Below, one piece after another: positions 1 through 8,428 of a stretch of DNA of 57,281 nucleotides (the stretch's first letter is position 1; every line of letters begins with the position of its first letter). Origin of the DNA: Minisyncoccota bacterium (lineage in GTDB: Bacteria; Patescibacteriota; Minisyncoccia; Minisyncoccales; JAQTVQ01); assembly GCA_041652155.1 (NCBI GenBank), contig JBAZHV010000001.1:1-57281 (forward strand), in the 5' to 3' direction. Both the position numbers and the translations under genes were made by a program. The notes under the pieces were generated by a model that was not told the origin of the DNA, did not search any database, and worked only from the letters and a program-made list of their open reading frames with translations.

Positions 1-143
1 GGGAAGATATCTTGAAGAAAAAGTTATTTAAAATAGCTTTGGATGAATTCATAACATATCCGTAATTTTTAGGCAATGGCAAAAATAGTTATGAATTAAT
101 AGCAAAATTGCTATAAATTTGATAGTATTAAGACGATAAAACT

Positions 144-1163
144 ATGAATCTTGAAAGCGTGAACGACATTTTAATAGGGGAGCCGGTATATCGGGTAAAG
201 CAGATCCAAAAGGCGTTATATAAAGATCTGATCGACGATTGGTCCCAAGCTACGACCCTGCCTCTTTCTTTGCGTGAAAAGATGAATTCACAGTGTCCGT
301 TGTCCATCAACGCCGAGCTTTTTGAATCTTCGGACAAAAAAACAGTGAAAGCTCTGATAACCCTTAAAGACGGCATCAAGATCGAAACGGTTTTGATGAG
401 GCATAATGACAAAAGAAATACCGTTTGCGTTTCTTCCCAGGCAGGCTGCGCCATGGCCTGTGTTTTCTGCGCCACGGGAAAAATGGGATTTAAAAGGAAT
501 TTGACCCAATACGAGATCGCCCAACAGGTTATGCTGTTCGGACGTTATTTGAAAAAGACAGGGGAGAAAGTGACCAATGTCGTTTTTATGGGAATGGGAG
601 AGCCATTCCTCAATTATGAAAATGTTTTGGCCGCCATCAAGTTTTTGAACGATCCGGAAGGATTTGGTTTGGGCGGCAGAAATTTCTCCATTTCCACATC
701 GGGTATAATAGAGGGGATCAGAAAATTATCCCAGGAAAAAATGGAAATAAACTTGGCCATATCCCTGCATGCCCCCAACCAGGAATTGCGCTCCAAAATA
801 ATGCCGGTCAATAGAAAATATCCCATAGGCAAAGTGATGGATGCGGCAAGCGAATACGTCAAAGCAAGGAAAAGAAGAGTAATGTTCGAATATATTATGA
901 TAGACGGTTTTAACGATTCCTTGAAAGACGCTGAAGAATTGGCCAAATTGATGGATAAACCTTTGTATTTCGTCAACCTTATCCCTTGCAATCCGACACC
1001 CGGATTCAGCCCTTCTCCGGCCGAACGCGTTAAAAAGTTCAAGGAATTTTTATTAAAAAAGAGGGTGGACGTCACCCAGCGCTACGGTTTCGGCCGCGAC
1101 ATCGAAGCGGCTTGCGGCCAATTGGCGGCGAAAGAAGAAAATAATTCAAATAACGATTTTTAA
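144..1163 (+). CDS. rlmN: rRNA/tRNA adenine-C2 methyltransferase RlmN (radical SAM)
   Basis: 339-aa ORF. Radical-SAM cluster motif in SSQAGCAMACVFCATG, GMGEPFLNY, and C-terminal catalytic Cys context EAACGQL typical of the RlmN/Cfr family. Confidence 0.9.
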   Translation: MNLESVNDILIGEPVYRVKQIQKALYKDLIDDWSQATTLPLSLREKMNSQCPLSINAELFESSDKKTVKALITLKDGIKIETVLMRHNDKRNTVCVSSQAGCAMACVFCATGKMGFKRNLTQYEIAQQVMLFGRYLKKTGEKVTNVVFMGMGEPFLNYENVLAAIKFLNDPEGFGLGGRNFSISTSGIIEGIRKLSQEKMEINLAISLHAPNQELRSKIMPVNRKYPIGKVMDAASEYVKARKRRVMFEYIMIDGFNDSLKDAEELAKLMDKPLYFVNLIPCNPTPGFSPSPAERVKKFKEFLLKKRVDVTQRYGFGRDIEAACGQLAAKEENNSNNDF

Positions 1164-1169
1164 AAATTT

Positions 1170-1487
1170 ATGGACAATCAATCATTGCTCCTTTATTTGG
1201 GTTTAGCTTCGATAGCGGTTCTGCTTATTTTGATCGTTTATTATTCTCTGCAAGTGGTTGCCAGCCGCAGGAGGCTTAGAAAGGAAACGGAAGAAGCCTT
1301 GTCGGCCCTTTCCCAAAACTTTAAAAGTTTGCGCGATGAATTCGAGAAGGAGATAGCTTATTTGGACGGTAAGGAGGAGCTTTCCTTGCAGGAAAGCTTG
1401 ACCTACAAGAAGTTGAAAGAATCTTTTGACGAATCGGAAAAGTACATCACCAAGGAAATAAAAGATATCGAAAAGGAATTAAAGTAA
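1170..1487 (+). CDS. hypothetical membrane-anchored coiled-coil protein
   Basis: 105-aa ORF 6 nt after rlmN. N-terminal hydrophobic helix (LLLYLGLASIAVLLILIVYY) followed by a charged helical region. No recognised family. Confidence 0.5.
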   Translation: MDNQSLLLYLGLASIAVLLILIVYYSLQVVASRRRLRKETEEALSALSQNFKSLRDEFEKEIAYLDGKEELSLQESLTYKKLKESFDESEKYITKEIKDIEKELK

Positions 1488-1497
1488 TTTGCTTTTA

Positions 1498-1570
1498 GTC
1501 CGCCGTAGCTCCCGCAGCCTGCCTGCCGGCAGGCGGGGAGCGAAGGCGACTTCGTTCCGGGCTTCCGCCA
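1498..1570. repeat. GC-rich REP-like palindromic element
   Basis: Contains the perfect 14-nt palindrome GCCTGCCGGCAGGC (1521-1534) nested in GCTCCC/GGGAGC arms. The same 14-mer recurs at 49580-49593 and a compensated variant at 38736-38749. Confidence 0.55.
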
Positions 1571-1582
1571 AATAAAACAGAC

Positions 1583-1620
1583 AAAAACAAAACACGGCAT
1601 TAAGCCGTGTTTTGTTTTTT
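1583..1620. terminator. bidirectional intrinsic terminator between convergent genes
   Basis: 13-bp stem AAACAAAACACGGC / GCCGTGTTTTGTTT with a 5-nt loop. A-run upstream and T-run downstream. Confidence 0.8.
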
Positions 1621-1646
1621 TAAGGTATCTCACTTCAGGAGATTAG

Positions 1647-2219
1647 CTATTTCCCGACTTCGACCCTTCTGGAATATTCTCCGGTTTCGGTGTTGACCTC
1701 TATCATATCTCCTTCAACCACAAAAAGAGGGACATTGACTTGAACGCCCGTTTCCAATACGGCCATTTTTGTCCCTCCTTGGGCGCGGTCGCCTTTAACT
1801 CCGGGGGATGCTTCCTTAACTTTCAGCTGGACCTTGATCGGCATCATAATGTTTATGAATTCTCCTTCGAATTTTATTCCTTCGATAAGCTGGTTGGATT
1901 TCAAGTATTTCGGGGAGTCTCCCAATTGTTCGGCGGACAGATCGAATCTTTTGCCCGGGTTATCGGCCTCGCAAAAAACATATTTGTCGCGGCTTGAATA
2001 AATGAATTTGATATCCACTTTTTCCAGTTCGGCCTCATCGTAGCGGGCATCCTGGTGGAAGCTCTTGTCCGTTATTTTTCCGGTTATAAGGTTTTTAACC
2101 TTGGCCTTGATAATAAAAACATCTTGAGCCTTTCCGACCGGCTGGGATTCTACGATCTCATACGGCTGGCCCTCCATGATGAACTGGACCCCTCTTTTCA
2201 ATCCGAAATAATTTATCAT
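1647..2219 (-). CDS. efp: elongation factor P
   Basis: 190-aa ORF with typical EF-P length and motifs: GQPYEIVESQPVGKAQ (KOW-like domain) and ASPGVKGDRAQGGTKMAVLETG. Confidence 0.9.
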   Translation of the reverse strand: MINYFGLKRGVQFIMEGQPYEIVESQPVGKAQDVFIIKAKVKNLITGKITDKSFHQDARYDEAELEKVDIKFIYSSRDKYVFCEADNPGKRFDLSAEQLGDSPKYLKSNQLIEGIKFEGEFINIMMPIKVQLKVKEASPGVKGDRAQGGTKMAVLETGVQVNVPLFVVEGDMIEVNTETGEYSRRVEVGK

Positions 2220-2367
2220 ATTCTTCGAATCCTAAACTATAAAAAATTTCAAGCAATGCTTGGTTTGATATTTTTTAAAACTTAGGATCTTTTAACCTGG
2301 AAGCTTGATGCGCTTCCAGGCACCGCTTTTGCCTTGCATAATATCAAGCGGTTGCTGTTTAATAATT

Positions 2368-3039
2368 TTACTTTTTCTCTATTTCCCATTCCATTTCGCT
2401 TTCTTTGCCGGCGAACTCCAGCCACTCTCCGCCGTCGCCTATGACATACCAGCGCTTGCGGGTTTGGGACCATACCATCGGCTTGCCTTGGAAATAAGGC
2501 TTTTTGACCACTTCCTTGGGCTTCAGCCTGTCTAATTCTAACCATTTTTTGAAAACTGTTTCAATAGCATAGTCCAAATTTCTCGATTTTGCCCACTCGG
2601 CCACTTTATCGACAGCTTCTTTGGCTTTTGCTGTCGAACCTGATAATTCCAATAATTGCTTGGCTGGTTTGGTAAAACGCGAATAAACAATTTTTTGTTT
2701 TTTGGCGTTCGCTTTCAACTCGCTCAGATCGACTCCTTTGGTCTCGAAAAAATGGGTGACGATCTGGCGGACGGCGGTTTCTTCGTCGAGATCTTCAAGG
2801 GTCTTTATTTTTTTTGTTTTTAAGAACTCTTCTATCTTTGCGGCTATGCTTTTGCCCACGCCGGGAATTTTTTCAAGCCCTTTTAATCCTTCTTCTTTGT
2901 ATATCTCCCTTACATCTTTGTCCAGGGATTCCAAAGACCGGGCGGCCTTGCGGTAAGCCTTAGGCTTGAAGTCCACTCCTTTTATGTCCAGCAGATAGGC
3001 AAGCTCCAATAAAGATTTTGCTATTTCCTGGTTGGTCAT
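2368..3039 (-). CDS. helix-hairpin-helix protein resembling the PolX N-terminal domain
   Basis: The N-terminus MTNQEIAKSLLELAYLLDIKG...FKPKAYRKAARSL...IPGVGKSIAAKI matches the Pol-beta/PolX 8-kDa HhH region. No polymerase palm domain follows. Start overlaps the padR stop (TAATG). Confidence 0.55.
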   Translation of the reverse strand: MTNQEIAKSLLELAYLLDIKGVDFKPKAYRKAARSLESLDKDVREIYKEEGLKGLEKIPGVGKSIAAKIEEFLKTKKIKTLEDLDEETAVRQIVTHFFETKGVDLSELKANAKKQKIVYSRFTKPAKQLLELSGSTAKAKEAVDKVAEWAKSRNLDYAIETVFKKWLELDRLKPKEVVKKPYFQGKPMVWSQTRKRWYVIGDGGEWLEFAGKESEMEWEIEKK

Positions 3040-3374
3040 TATTTGTTCAATTCGTTCAGAATAAATTGATAAAATTCTTTGGCTTTTTTCAGCTCTTCAG
3101 ATCCTTTATCGGTTATCTTATACACTCTTCTTCTTTGATCGGCTTTGCTTTGGACGAAAGCATCTTCCTCCAGCCGATAGAGCACCCTATAAGGAGTTAT
3201 TTTGCCGGGTTTGAACCCGTATTTTTGTTCGATCATTTTTGGCAGCTCCCAGCCATAAACGTCTTTTTCCTTTAAAAGCAGAAGAATATAGATCCAAAGA
3301 TTGTCTTTTGTGTTAGTTTTTTGAAGATGAAAAAAGGGGAGCATAATTGTTTTCCACACGTAATTCCTTGACAT
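3039..3374 (-). CDS. PadR-family transcriptional regulator
   Basis: 111-aa winged-helix pattern LLLLKEKDVYGWEL...ITPYRVLYRLEEDAFV...RRRVYKITDKG. Confidence 0.8.
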   Translation of the reverse strand: MSRNYVWKTIMLPFFHLQKTNTKDNLWIYILLLLKEKDVYGWELPKMIEQKYGFKPGKITPYRVLYRLEEDAFVQSKADQRRRVYKITDKGSEELKKAKEFYQFILNELNK

Positions 3375-3450
3375 TGTATTTTACGGCGGTAAAATACTTT
3401 AGACGGATAAAACATCCTTCTTTAATAAATAGTAAACAAAACTTTCGAAT

Positions 3451-4575
3451 ATGTCAAAAGAAATTTCAACGGAGAAAAAAGGCATAAAGATCGCGGTCGC
3501 CGGGGTGGGAAACTGTTTTTCAAGCCTTTTGCAGGGCATCTATTTCTATAAAGACGTGAATGACAACGACGAACTGGTGCCCGGGCTGATGCATAACGTC
3601 ATCGGTTCATATAAAATATCGGACATCAAGGTCGTGGCGGCTTTTGACGTGGACAAGCGCAAGATAGGCAAAGATATTTCCGAAGCCATTTTTGCCGAGC
3701 CCAATTGCACTAAAATATTTTTCAAGGATGTTCCCCAAACAGGAGTAAAAGTCAAAATGGGAGAGGTATTGGACGGAATTGCCGGACATATGAAAGATTA
3801 TCTGGAAGACAAAGCTTTCGCGGCTTCCGGCGAGCCATCGGTTAACGTGGCGGAAGAACTGAAAAGATCCGGAGCGGAGATACTGATAAATTATATGCCG
3901 GTAGGCTCGCAGAAGGCCACTGAATTCTATGCAAATGCCGCTCTGGAGGCCGGTTGCGCTTTTATCAACTGTATGCCCGTGTTTATCGTTTCCAACGAGG
4001 AGTGGGCCGAAAAATTCAAGGCAAAAGGCTTGCCTTGCATAGGCGACGATATAAAATCCCAGATCGGAGCGACCATCGTCCACCGCGCGCTAAGCCATTT
4101 GTTCAGCCAGAGAGGGGTGGCCATAGATAAATCTTACCAGCTCAATTTTGGAGGCAATACGGATTTTTTGAACATGCTTTCCCGCGAAAGGCTGAAGTCA
4201 AAAAAAATATCCAAAACAGAAAGCGTGGAATCGCAATTAAGCAAACGTTTAAGCTACGACAATTTACACATCGGGCCGTCGGATTGGATACCTTTTTTGA
4301 AAGACAATAAGATATGCTTTATCAGGATCGAGGGGCGGAAATTCGGCAACGTGCCGGTCGAGCTTGAGCTAAGGCTGTCGGTCGAGGATTCTCCGAACTC
4401 CGCCGGCTGCGTTATAGACGCCATCAGGATGGCTAAGCTGGCTCTGGACCGCAAAGTCGGCGGAGCTTTGATATCTCCCTCCTCTTACTTTATGAAACAC
4501 CCCCCGCAGCAGTTTACGGACGAAAGATGCAGAGAGATAGTAGAGGAGTTTATTGCCGGAAAAAGACAAGTCTAA
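3451..4575 (+). CDS. ino1: myo-inositol-1-phosphate synthase (archaeal/bacterial short type)
   Basis: 374-aa ORF. N-terminal Rossmann motif IKIAVAGVGNCFSSLLQGIYFY and the conserved GDDIKSQIGATIVHR and NFGGNTDF blocks. Confidence 0.85.
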   Translation: MSKEISTEKKGIKIAVAGVGNCFSSLLQGIYFYKDVNDNDELVPGLMHNVIGSYKISDIKVVAAFDVDKRKIGKDISEAIFAEPNCTKIFFKDVPQTGVKVKMGEVLDGIAGHMKDYLEDKAFAASGEPSVNVAEELKRSGAEILINYMPVGSQKATEFYANAALEAGCAFINCMPVFIVSNEEWAEKFKAKGLPCIGDDIKSQIGATIVHRALSHLFSQRGVAIDKSYQLNFGGNTDFLNMLSRERLKSKKISKTESVESQLSKRLSYDNLHIGPSDWIPFLKDNKICFIRIEGRKFGNVPVELELRLSVEDSPNSAGCVIDAIRMAKLALDRKVGGALISPSSYFMKHPPQQFTDERCREIVEEFIAGKRQV

Positions 4576-4581
4576 TTAATC

Positions 4582-4719
4582 GGGCGAATTGCCTATGGAG
4601 AACCGCTATTTTCCCCTTCGAGGAAAATAGCTTTGTCCTCGGCTGGCTCGTCCCGCCCTTTGCGAAGGGCAGGACTCCGTGGCCGCCAGCCTGCGGAGAT
4701 TCTCCATAAGCAATTGCCC
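4582..4719 (+). other. about 140-nt multi-stem structured element (candidate ncRNA or MITE-like repeat)
   Basis: Outer arms GGGCGAATTGCCTATGGAGAA (4582-4602) and TTCTCCATAAGCAATTGCCC (4700-4719) pair over about 20 bp. They enclose a 9-bp hairpin (4606-4630), a 7-bp helix GGCTGGC/GCCAGCC (4641-4647/4685-4691) and an inner hairpin at 4651-4674 with loop TGCG. Confidence 0.4.
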
Positions 4720-4920
4720 TTAAACCATAGAAAAACAGCTTTTTTCGGGTTGGATGGAGCGGGTGATTGGCAGATGGAAAGATATTAATTTTCAAACCTC
4801 CAATTTTTCCTGCCTGCAGGGGAGTTTAAAAATTGAAAATTATCAGCCTGGAGTTCGGCTGTTTTAAGTTTTAAACCGTTGCTTTACATTTTTCGCTTTA
4901 AGTTTTACGCTTATTTATAT

Positions 4921-5511
4921 ATGTTGGATACTCGCAGAGAATCGTTCAGAGGATTGGAAAAGGCGGTCGCTAAGATTTTTTCACGGTTGCCGGTAACTCC
5001 GAACCAGTACAGTTTCAGCTCTGTCCTTTTTGCTTTGGTTTGTTTATATTTTTTAATAAAGCAAGCTGTTGCTTGGGCGATCGTATTTTTTTTACTGGCG
5101 GCTTTTATGGATTTTGTCGACGGGGGAGTGGCCCGTTATAAAAATTTGTCCACAAAAAAAGGCGCCTATCTGGACACCATTTTCGACCGTTACGTGGAAG
5201 GGATAACGATCATTGGGTTTTTGTTTCTGCCTCTGCCTCAAATATTTTTGCCAAACTATATTTTGATATCGCTGGTTCTTTTCGGATCGATGATGACGAC
5301 CTATGCCAAATCGGCGGCGAAAGAAAAAGAGCTGACGTCCGTAGAACTGAAAGGAGGATTAATGTCCCGGGGCGAAAGGGCGATACTCTATTTTTTAATA
5401 ATGCTTTCGGCTATTTTCTGTTCGGAAACAGCGGTTTGGATATTGATGGCGATGGCATTGCTTGCCAATATGACCGCCATTCAAAGGATATTCTCCGCGG
5501 TGAAAAACTGA
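4921..5511 (+). CDS. CDP-alcohol phosphatidyltransferase, phosphatidyl-/archaetidyl-inositol-phosphate synthase-like
   Basis: CDP-alcohol transferase signature DFVDGGVARY...GAYLDTIFDRY, about 196 aa and multi-TM. Start moved to the ATG at 4921. Lies immediately downstream of ino1. Confidence 0.7.
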   Translation: MLDTRRESFRGLEKAVAKIFSRLPVTPNQYSFSSVLFALVCLYFLIKQAVAWAIVFFLLAAFMDFVDGGVARYKNLSTKKGAYLDTIFDRYVEGITIIGFLFLPLPQIFLPNYILISLVLFGSMMTTYAKSAAKEKELTSVELKGGLMSRGERAILYFLIMLSAIFCSETAVWILMAMALLANMTAIQRIFSAVKN

Positions 5512-6177
5512 TTATTTTTTCTTTCTCCAATTCGGAAAAAATAAAGAAGCCAGTCTCGAGACAAGCGGCGCCAGCAAGTAAATACGGTTCAATTTTTTAC
5601 CGAAAGTTTTGGTCTTCTTTCCGATTATGGCCTGCTTGAATTCTTCAATATCAGCTGCTTCGGCTTGAGCATAAGCGCTGCCCGATGTTCTGCCGAAATG
5701 GCTGTCGCTGCCGGCGGTCATGGCCGTACCGCATTTCTCGGCCAGCCGGCGGGCTTTATTGTCGGATGCCAAGAACGGCCCGCGGCTGTTAAAAACTTCT
5801 ATGCCGTCAACGAATTTCAGATATTCTTCCAGCTTTCCTTTGAAATTTTCAGGAAAATGATAAGGATGAGCCACTATGGCGATCCCTCCTTGCGACCTTA
5901 TCTCCGCGGCGGCCTCCAGAAATTTTTTGCTTTTTACTTCCTTTGTCAAGAAAAGACCTAAAAGATCGCATTTTTCAGTCTTTATTTCTTGGCCCAGAAC
6001 TAAAACCGCGTTATGTTTCTTGGCCGCGGCGATGGCTTCGGGCCAGCCTTTGATGGTGTCATGATCGGTCAAAGCGATCCCGTCCAGCCCCTTTTCCAGA
6101 GCAGAAACAATAAGCTTCTCAGGAGAGTCAAACCCGTCATAAGACCAATAACTGTGATTATGCAAGTCTATTTTCAT
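5512..6177 (-). CDS. PHP-domain metal-dependent phosphoesterase
   Basis: MKIDLHNHSYWSYDG...GIALTDHDT...AHPY...GSDSH are the PHP histidine/aspartate motifs. Confidence 0.8.
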   Translation of the reverse strand: MKIDLHNHSYWSYDGFDSPEKLIVSALEKGLDGIALTDHDTIKGWPEAIAAAKKHNAVLVLGQEIKTEKCDLLGLFLTKEVKSKKFLEAAAEIRSQGGIAIVAHPYHFPENFKGKLEEYLKFVDGIEVFNSRGPFLASDNKARRLAEKCGTAMTAGSDSHFGRTSGSAYAQAEAADIEEFKQAIIGKKTKTFGKKLNRIYLLAPLVSRLASLFFPNWRKKK

Positions 6178-6184
6178 AAAAATT

Positions 6185-6242
6185 AAAGAATTTTTATTAT
6201 TTTTGCGAAATTTAGAAAGAATTTTTATTCTCTTTGCAAAAT
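6185..6242. repeat. tandem direct repeat upstream of the PHP gene
   Basis: AAAGAATTTTTATTATTTTTGCGAAAT (6185-6211) and AAAGAATTTTTATTCTCTTTGCAAAAT (6216-6242), period 31 nt, 24/27 identical. Confidence 0.6.
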
Positions 6243-6266
6243 TCCGCGAATTCTTTTCGCGGAATT
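6238..6266 (-). terminator. terminator after the AMMECR1 gene
   Basis: 10-bp stem ATTCCGCGAA / TTCGCGGAAT (6241-6250/6256-6265) with a 5-nt loop. The T-tract on the minus strand is short. Confidence 0.55.
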
Positions 6267-6791
6267 TCAGGAATATTTTTCCACTGTGAATTTATAAATT
6301 TTTATTTGTTCTTTCTCGGAGTCGATCCCTGCTTTTTGGCAGGCAATAGCCAGCTGATCGTCTGCTCTGTCTATCCCCTCTAGCCCGGGCAATAATAAAC
6401 CGGTTTTTTCGCCGTTGCCTTTGGAAGATTTGACTATCACGCCGTATATTTTAGGATCCAGTTCTTCCAAGTTTCTAACAGGATCCGGCCGGTTCAATAT
6501 CGAAACCGTGTATTTCAAATAAGGCAGTTCCGATATATCGATCGGATCGAAACGATAGTCCTGGCTGGCTGCTGCTACCGCGTTTTGAATGGTCTCCACG
6601 GCTACATTCTCATGGCAAGGAAGATAAGTTCCGATACATCCGCGCAGATCGCCTTTTTCCTCTATAGTTACAAACACTCCTGCTTTTCTGGAGATGAATT
6701 CGGATGGAAAATCAAGCGGCACGGTTAAAACCGTGCCGCTTTTGATATGTTCTTCAACTGTTTTTTTCGCCAGTTCGACTAAAATATGCAT
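6267..6791 (-). CDS. AMMECR1-domain protein (AmmeMemoRadiSam system protein A type)
   Basis: 174 aa with the AMMECR1 signature LRGCIGTYLP and GVFVT. Confidence 0.85.
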   Translation of the reverse strand: MHILVELAKKTVEEHIKSGTVLTVPLDFPSEFISRKAGVFVTIEEKGDLRGCIGTYLPCHENVAVETIQNAVAAASQDYRFDPIDISELPYLKYTVSILNRPDPVRNLEELDPKIYGVIVKSSKGNGEKTGLLLPGLEGIDRADDQLAIACQKAGIDSEKEQIKIYKFTVEKYS

Positions 6792-6809
6792 TAACTGATT
6801 TTCACACTT

Positions 6810-8231
6810 TTAGACATCGTAGTAAAGCATGAATTCGGCAGAGCTTGGCCTGGTTCTTATGACGTCATACTCGGCAGTTCTCTTGTAGTCTATCCAAGTA
6901 TTTATCAGGCCCTTGGTAAAGACTCCGTCTCTGGTCAAAAATTCATTGTCTTTTTCCAAAGCGGCCAAACTTTTATCCAATGAGTCCGGGACCTGGGGAA
7001 GTTTATCACTGGCGCCCATTTTGTAAATGTTCCCGTCGATCGGGTCCAGAGGTTTGATCTTGTTCTTTATTCCGTCCAAACCGGCTAACAACATTGCGGA
7101 GAATACGAGATAAGGATTGGCCGAAGGATCCGGCGGGCGGAACTCGATCCTTTTGGATGCAGGACTTGTGGAATAGTTTGGCACCCTGATAGCCGCGGAA
7201 CGGTTTCTGTTGGAATAGACAAGATTCACCGGCGCTTCAAAACCCGGAACCAGTCTTTTGTAAGAATTGGTGGTCGGAGCGGCAAAAGCCAGAATGGCCG
7301 GCGCGTGCTTCAAAAGCCCGCCGATAAAATAGACGGCCAGCTCGCTTAGATTGGCGTAGCCCGACGCGCTGTGGAATAAAGGCGTTCCGTTCTTCCAGAG
7401 AGAAACGTGGACGTGCATGCCCGAACCGTTGTCTCCCCAGATCGGTTTAGGCATAAAAGTAGCGGTTTTGCCGTTGCGAAAAGCGACATTCTTGACCGCG
7501 TATTTGAATTTCATCACATTGTCGGCGATCTTTTTGAGAGTATCGTATTTGATATCTATCTCGGCCTGGCCTCCGGTGGAAACTTCGTGATGCTCTTTCT
7601 CGACTTCTATCCCAAGCTTTTCCATTTCAAAAACCATCTCGCGCCTGATATCCGCAAGCTGATCGGCCGGCGGAACTGGAAAGTATCCTTCTTTATTTCT
7701 TATCTTATAGCCCGAGCCGTTGCCGGGAATGTCTTTATCTTCTTTGGCGTTCCAATTGGCTTCAACGGATCTTATCTCGTGAAAAGAAAAGTTTTGATCG
7801 GCGCCGAAATTTACTTTATCAAAAATGAAAAATTCAGCTTCCGGCCCGAAGTAAGCTTTGTCGGCCACCCCGCTTTTAGTCAGCAGCTCTTCGGCTTTCC
7901 GGGCGACAAATCTCGGATCGTTCTCAAAAGGCGTTTTTTTGGCTCCAGGTTCATAGATATCGCAGATGAAGCTGCCCAGCGGAAACTTGGAAAAAGGATC
8001 GACAGCGAAAGTTTCCAGATCGGGGACCAAAAGCATATCGCTTTCCTGTATTTCTTTGAATCCGCGGATGCTGGAACCGTCAAAACCGAGACCTTCTTCG
8101 AGAACCTTTTTGTCCAAGGCGGAGAGGGGAACGGTAAAGTGCTGCCAAGTTCCCGGCAGATCGCAAAACTTAAAATCAACTAATTTTATGCCGTGTTTTT
8201 CACAAGTCTCAATTATTTCTTCGTAAACCAT
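6810..8231 (-). CDS. glnA: glutamine synthetase type I
   Basis: Conserved GS blocks FDGSSI, YFGPEAEFF, KPIWGDNGSGMHVHVSLW, NSYKRLVPGFEAP and SNRNRSAAIRVP. Start moved to the ATG at 8231 (MVYEEI...), since the upstream part of the ORF covers leader structure. Confidence 0.9.
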   Translation of the reverse strand: MVYEEIIETCEKHGIKLVDFKFCDLPGTWQHFTVPLSALDKKVLEEGLGFDGSSIRGFKEIQESDMLLVPDLETFAVDPFSKFPLGSFICDIYEPGAKKTPFENDPRFVARKAEELLTKSGVADKAYFGPEAEFFIFDKVNFGADQNFSFHEIRSVEANWNAKEDKDIPGNGSGYKIRNKEGYFPVPPADQLADIRREMVFEMEKLGIEVEKEHHEVSTGGQAEIDIKYDTLKKIADNVMKFKYAVKNVAFRNGKTATFMPKPIWGDNGSGMHVHVSLWKNGTPLFHSASGYANLSELAVYFIGGLLKHAPAILAFAAPTTNSYKRLVPGFEAPVNLVYSNRNRSAAIRVPNYSTSPASKRIEFRPPDPSANPYLVFSAMLLAGLDGIKNKIKPLDPIDGNIYKMGASDKLPQVPDSLDKSLAALEKDNEFLTRDGVFTKGLINTWIDYKRTAEYDVIRTRPSSAEFMLYYDV

Positions 8232-8302
8232 AATTTGGAATGTCGATATTCGAAAGTCGAGGGCCGTAACGACATTCGACCTTCTACGCTCGACACTCAA
8301 TT

Positions 8303-8338
8303 AAAAAACAAAACTCCTAGGCCGTAAAAGGCTAGGAG
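8303..8338 (-). terminator. intrinsic terminator in the glnA leader (candidate attenuator)
   Basis: Minus-strand sense reads CTCCTAGCC TTTTAC GGCCTAGGAG TTTTGTTTTTT. It lies 72 nt upstream of the glnA ATG and downstream of the GAF-ANTAR gene. Confidence 0.7.
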
Positions 8339-8375
8339 ACATCAATGTCTATTTCCCAAACTGCTTTGTTTGGAA
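8337..8375 (-). promoter_or_regulatory. candidate ANTAR-binding dual hexaloop hairpins
   Basis: Minus-strand sense. P1 is TTCCAAAC AAAGCA GTTTGGGAA (8353-8375) and P2 is AGAC ATTGAT GTCT (8337-8350). Both loops are 6 nt with A at position 1 and G at position 4. The P2 3-prime arm overlaps the terminator 5-prime arm by 2 nt. Confidence 0.4.
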
Positions 8376-8428
8376 CACGAATCATCATCGAACCGTGCTG
8401 ATGAACTAACTATACTGCATGGAAGCGC

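Noticed and set aside
7407-8183. 258-aa plus-strand ORF antisense to glnA, with nested ORFs 7880..8179 and 7966..8226
   Set aside because: It overlaps the fully conserved glutamine synthetase frame and has no recognisable motif or ribosome-binding site.
8232-8302. Possible glutamine riboswitch (glnA RNA motif) just upstream of glnA
   Set aside because: I could not find the conserved CGUUCA...GGAAGUAGG...AAGGAACG-type core. Only generic hairpins are present (GTCGAG/CTCGAC and GAATGTCG/CGACATTC).
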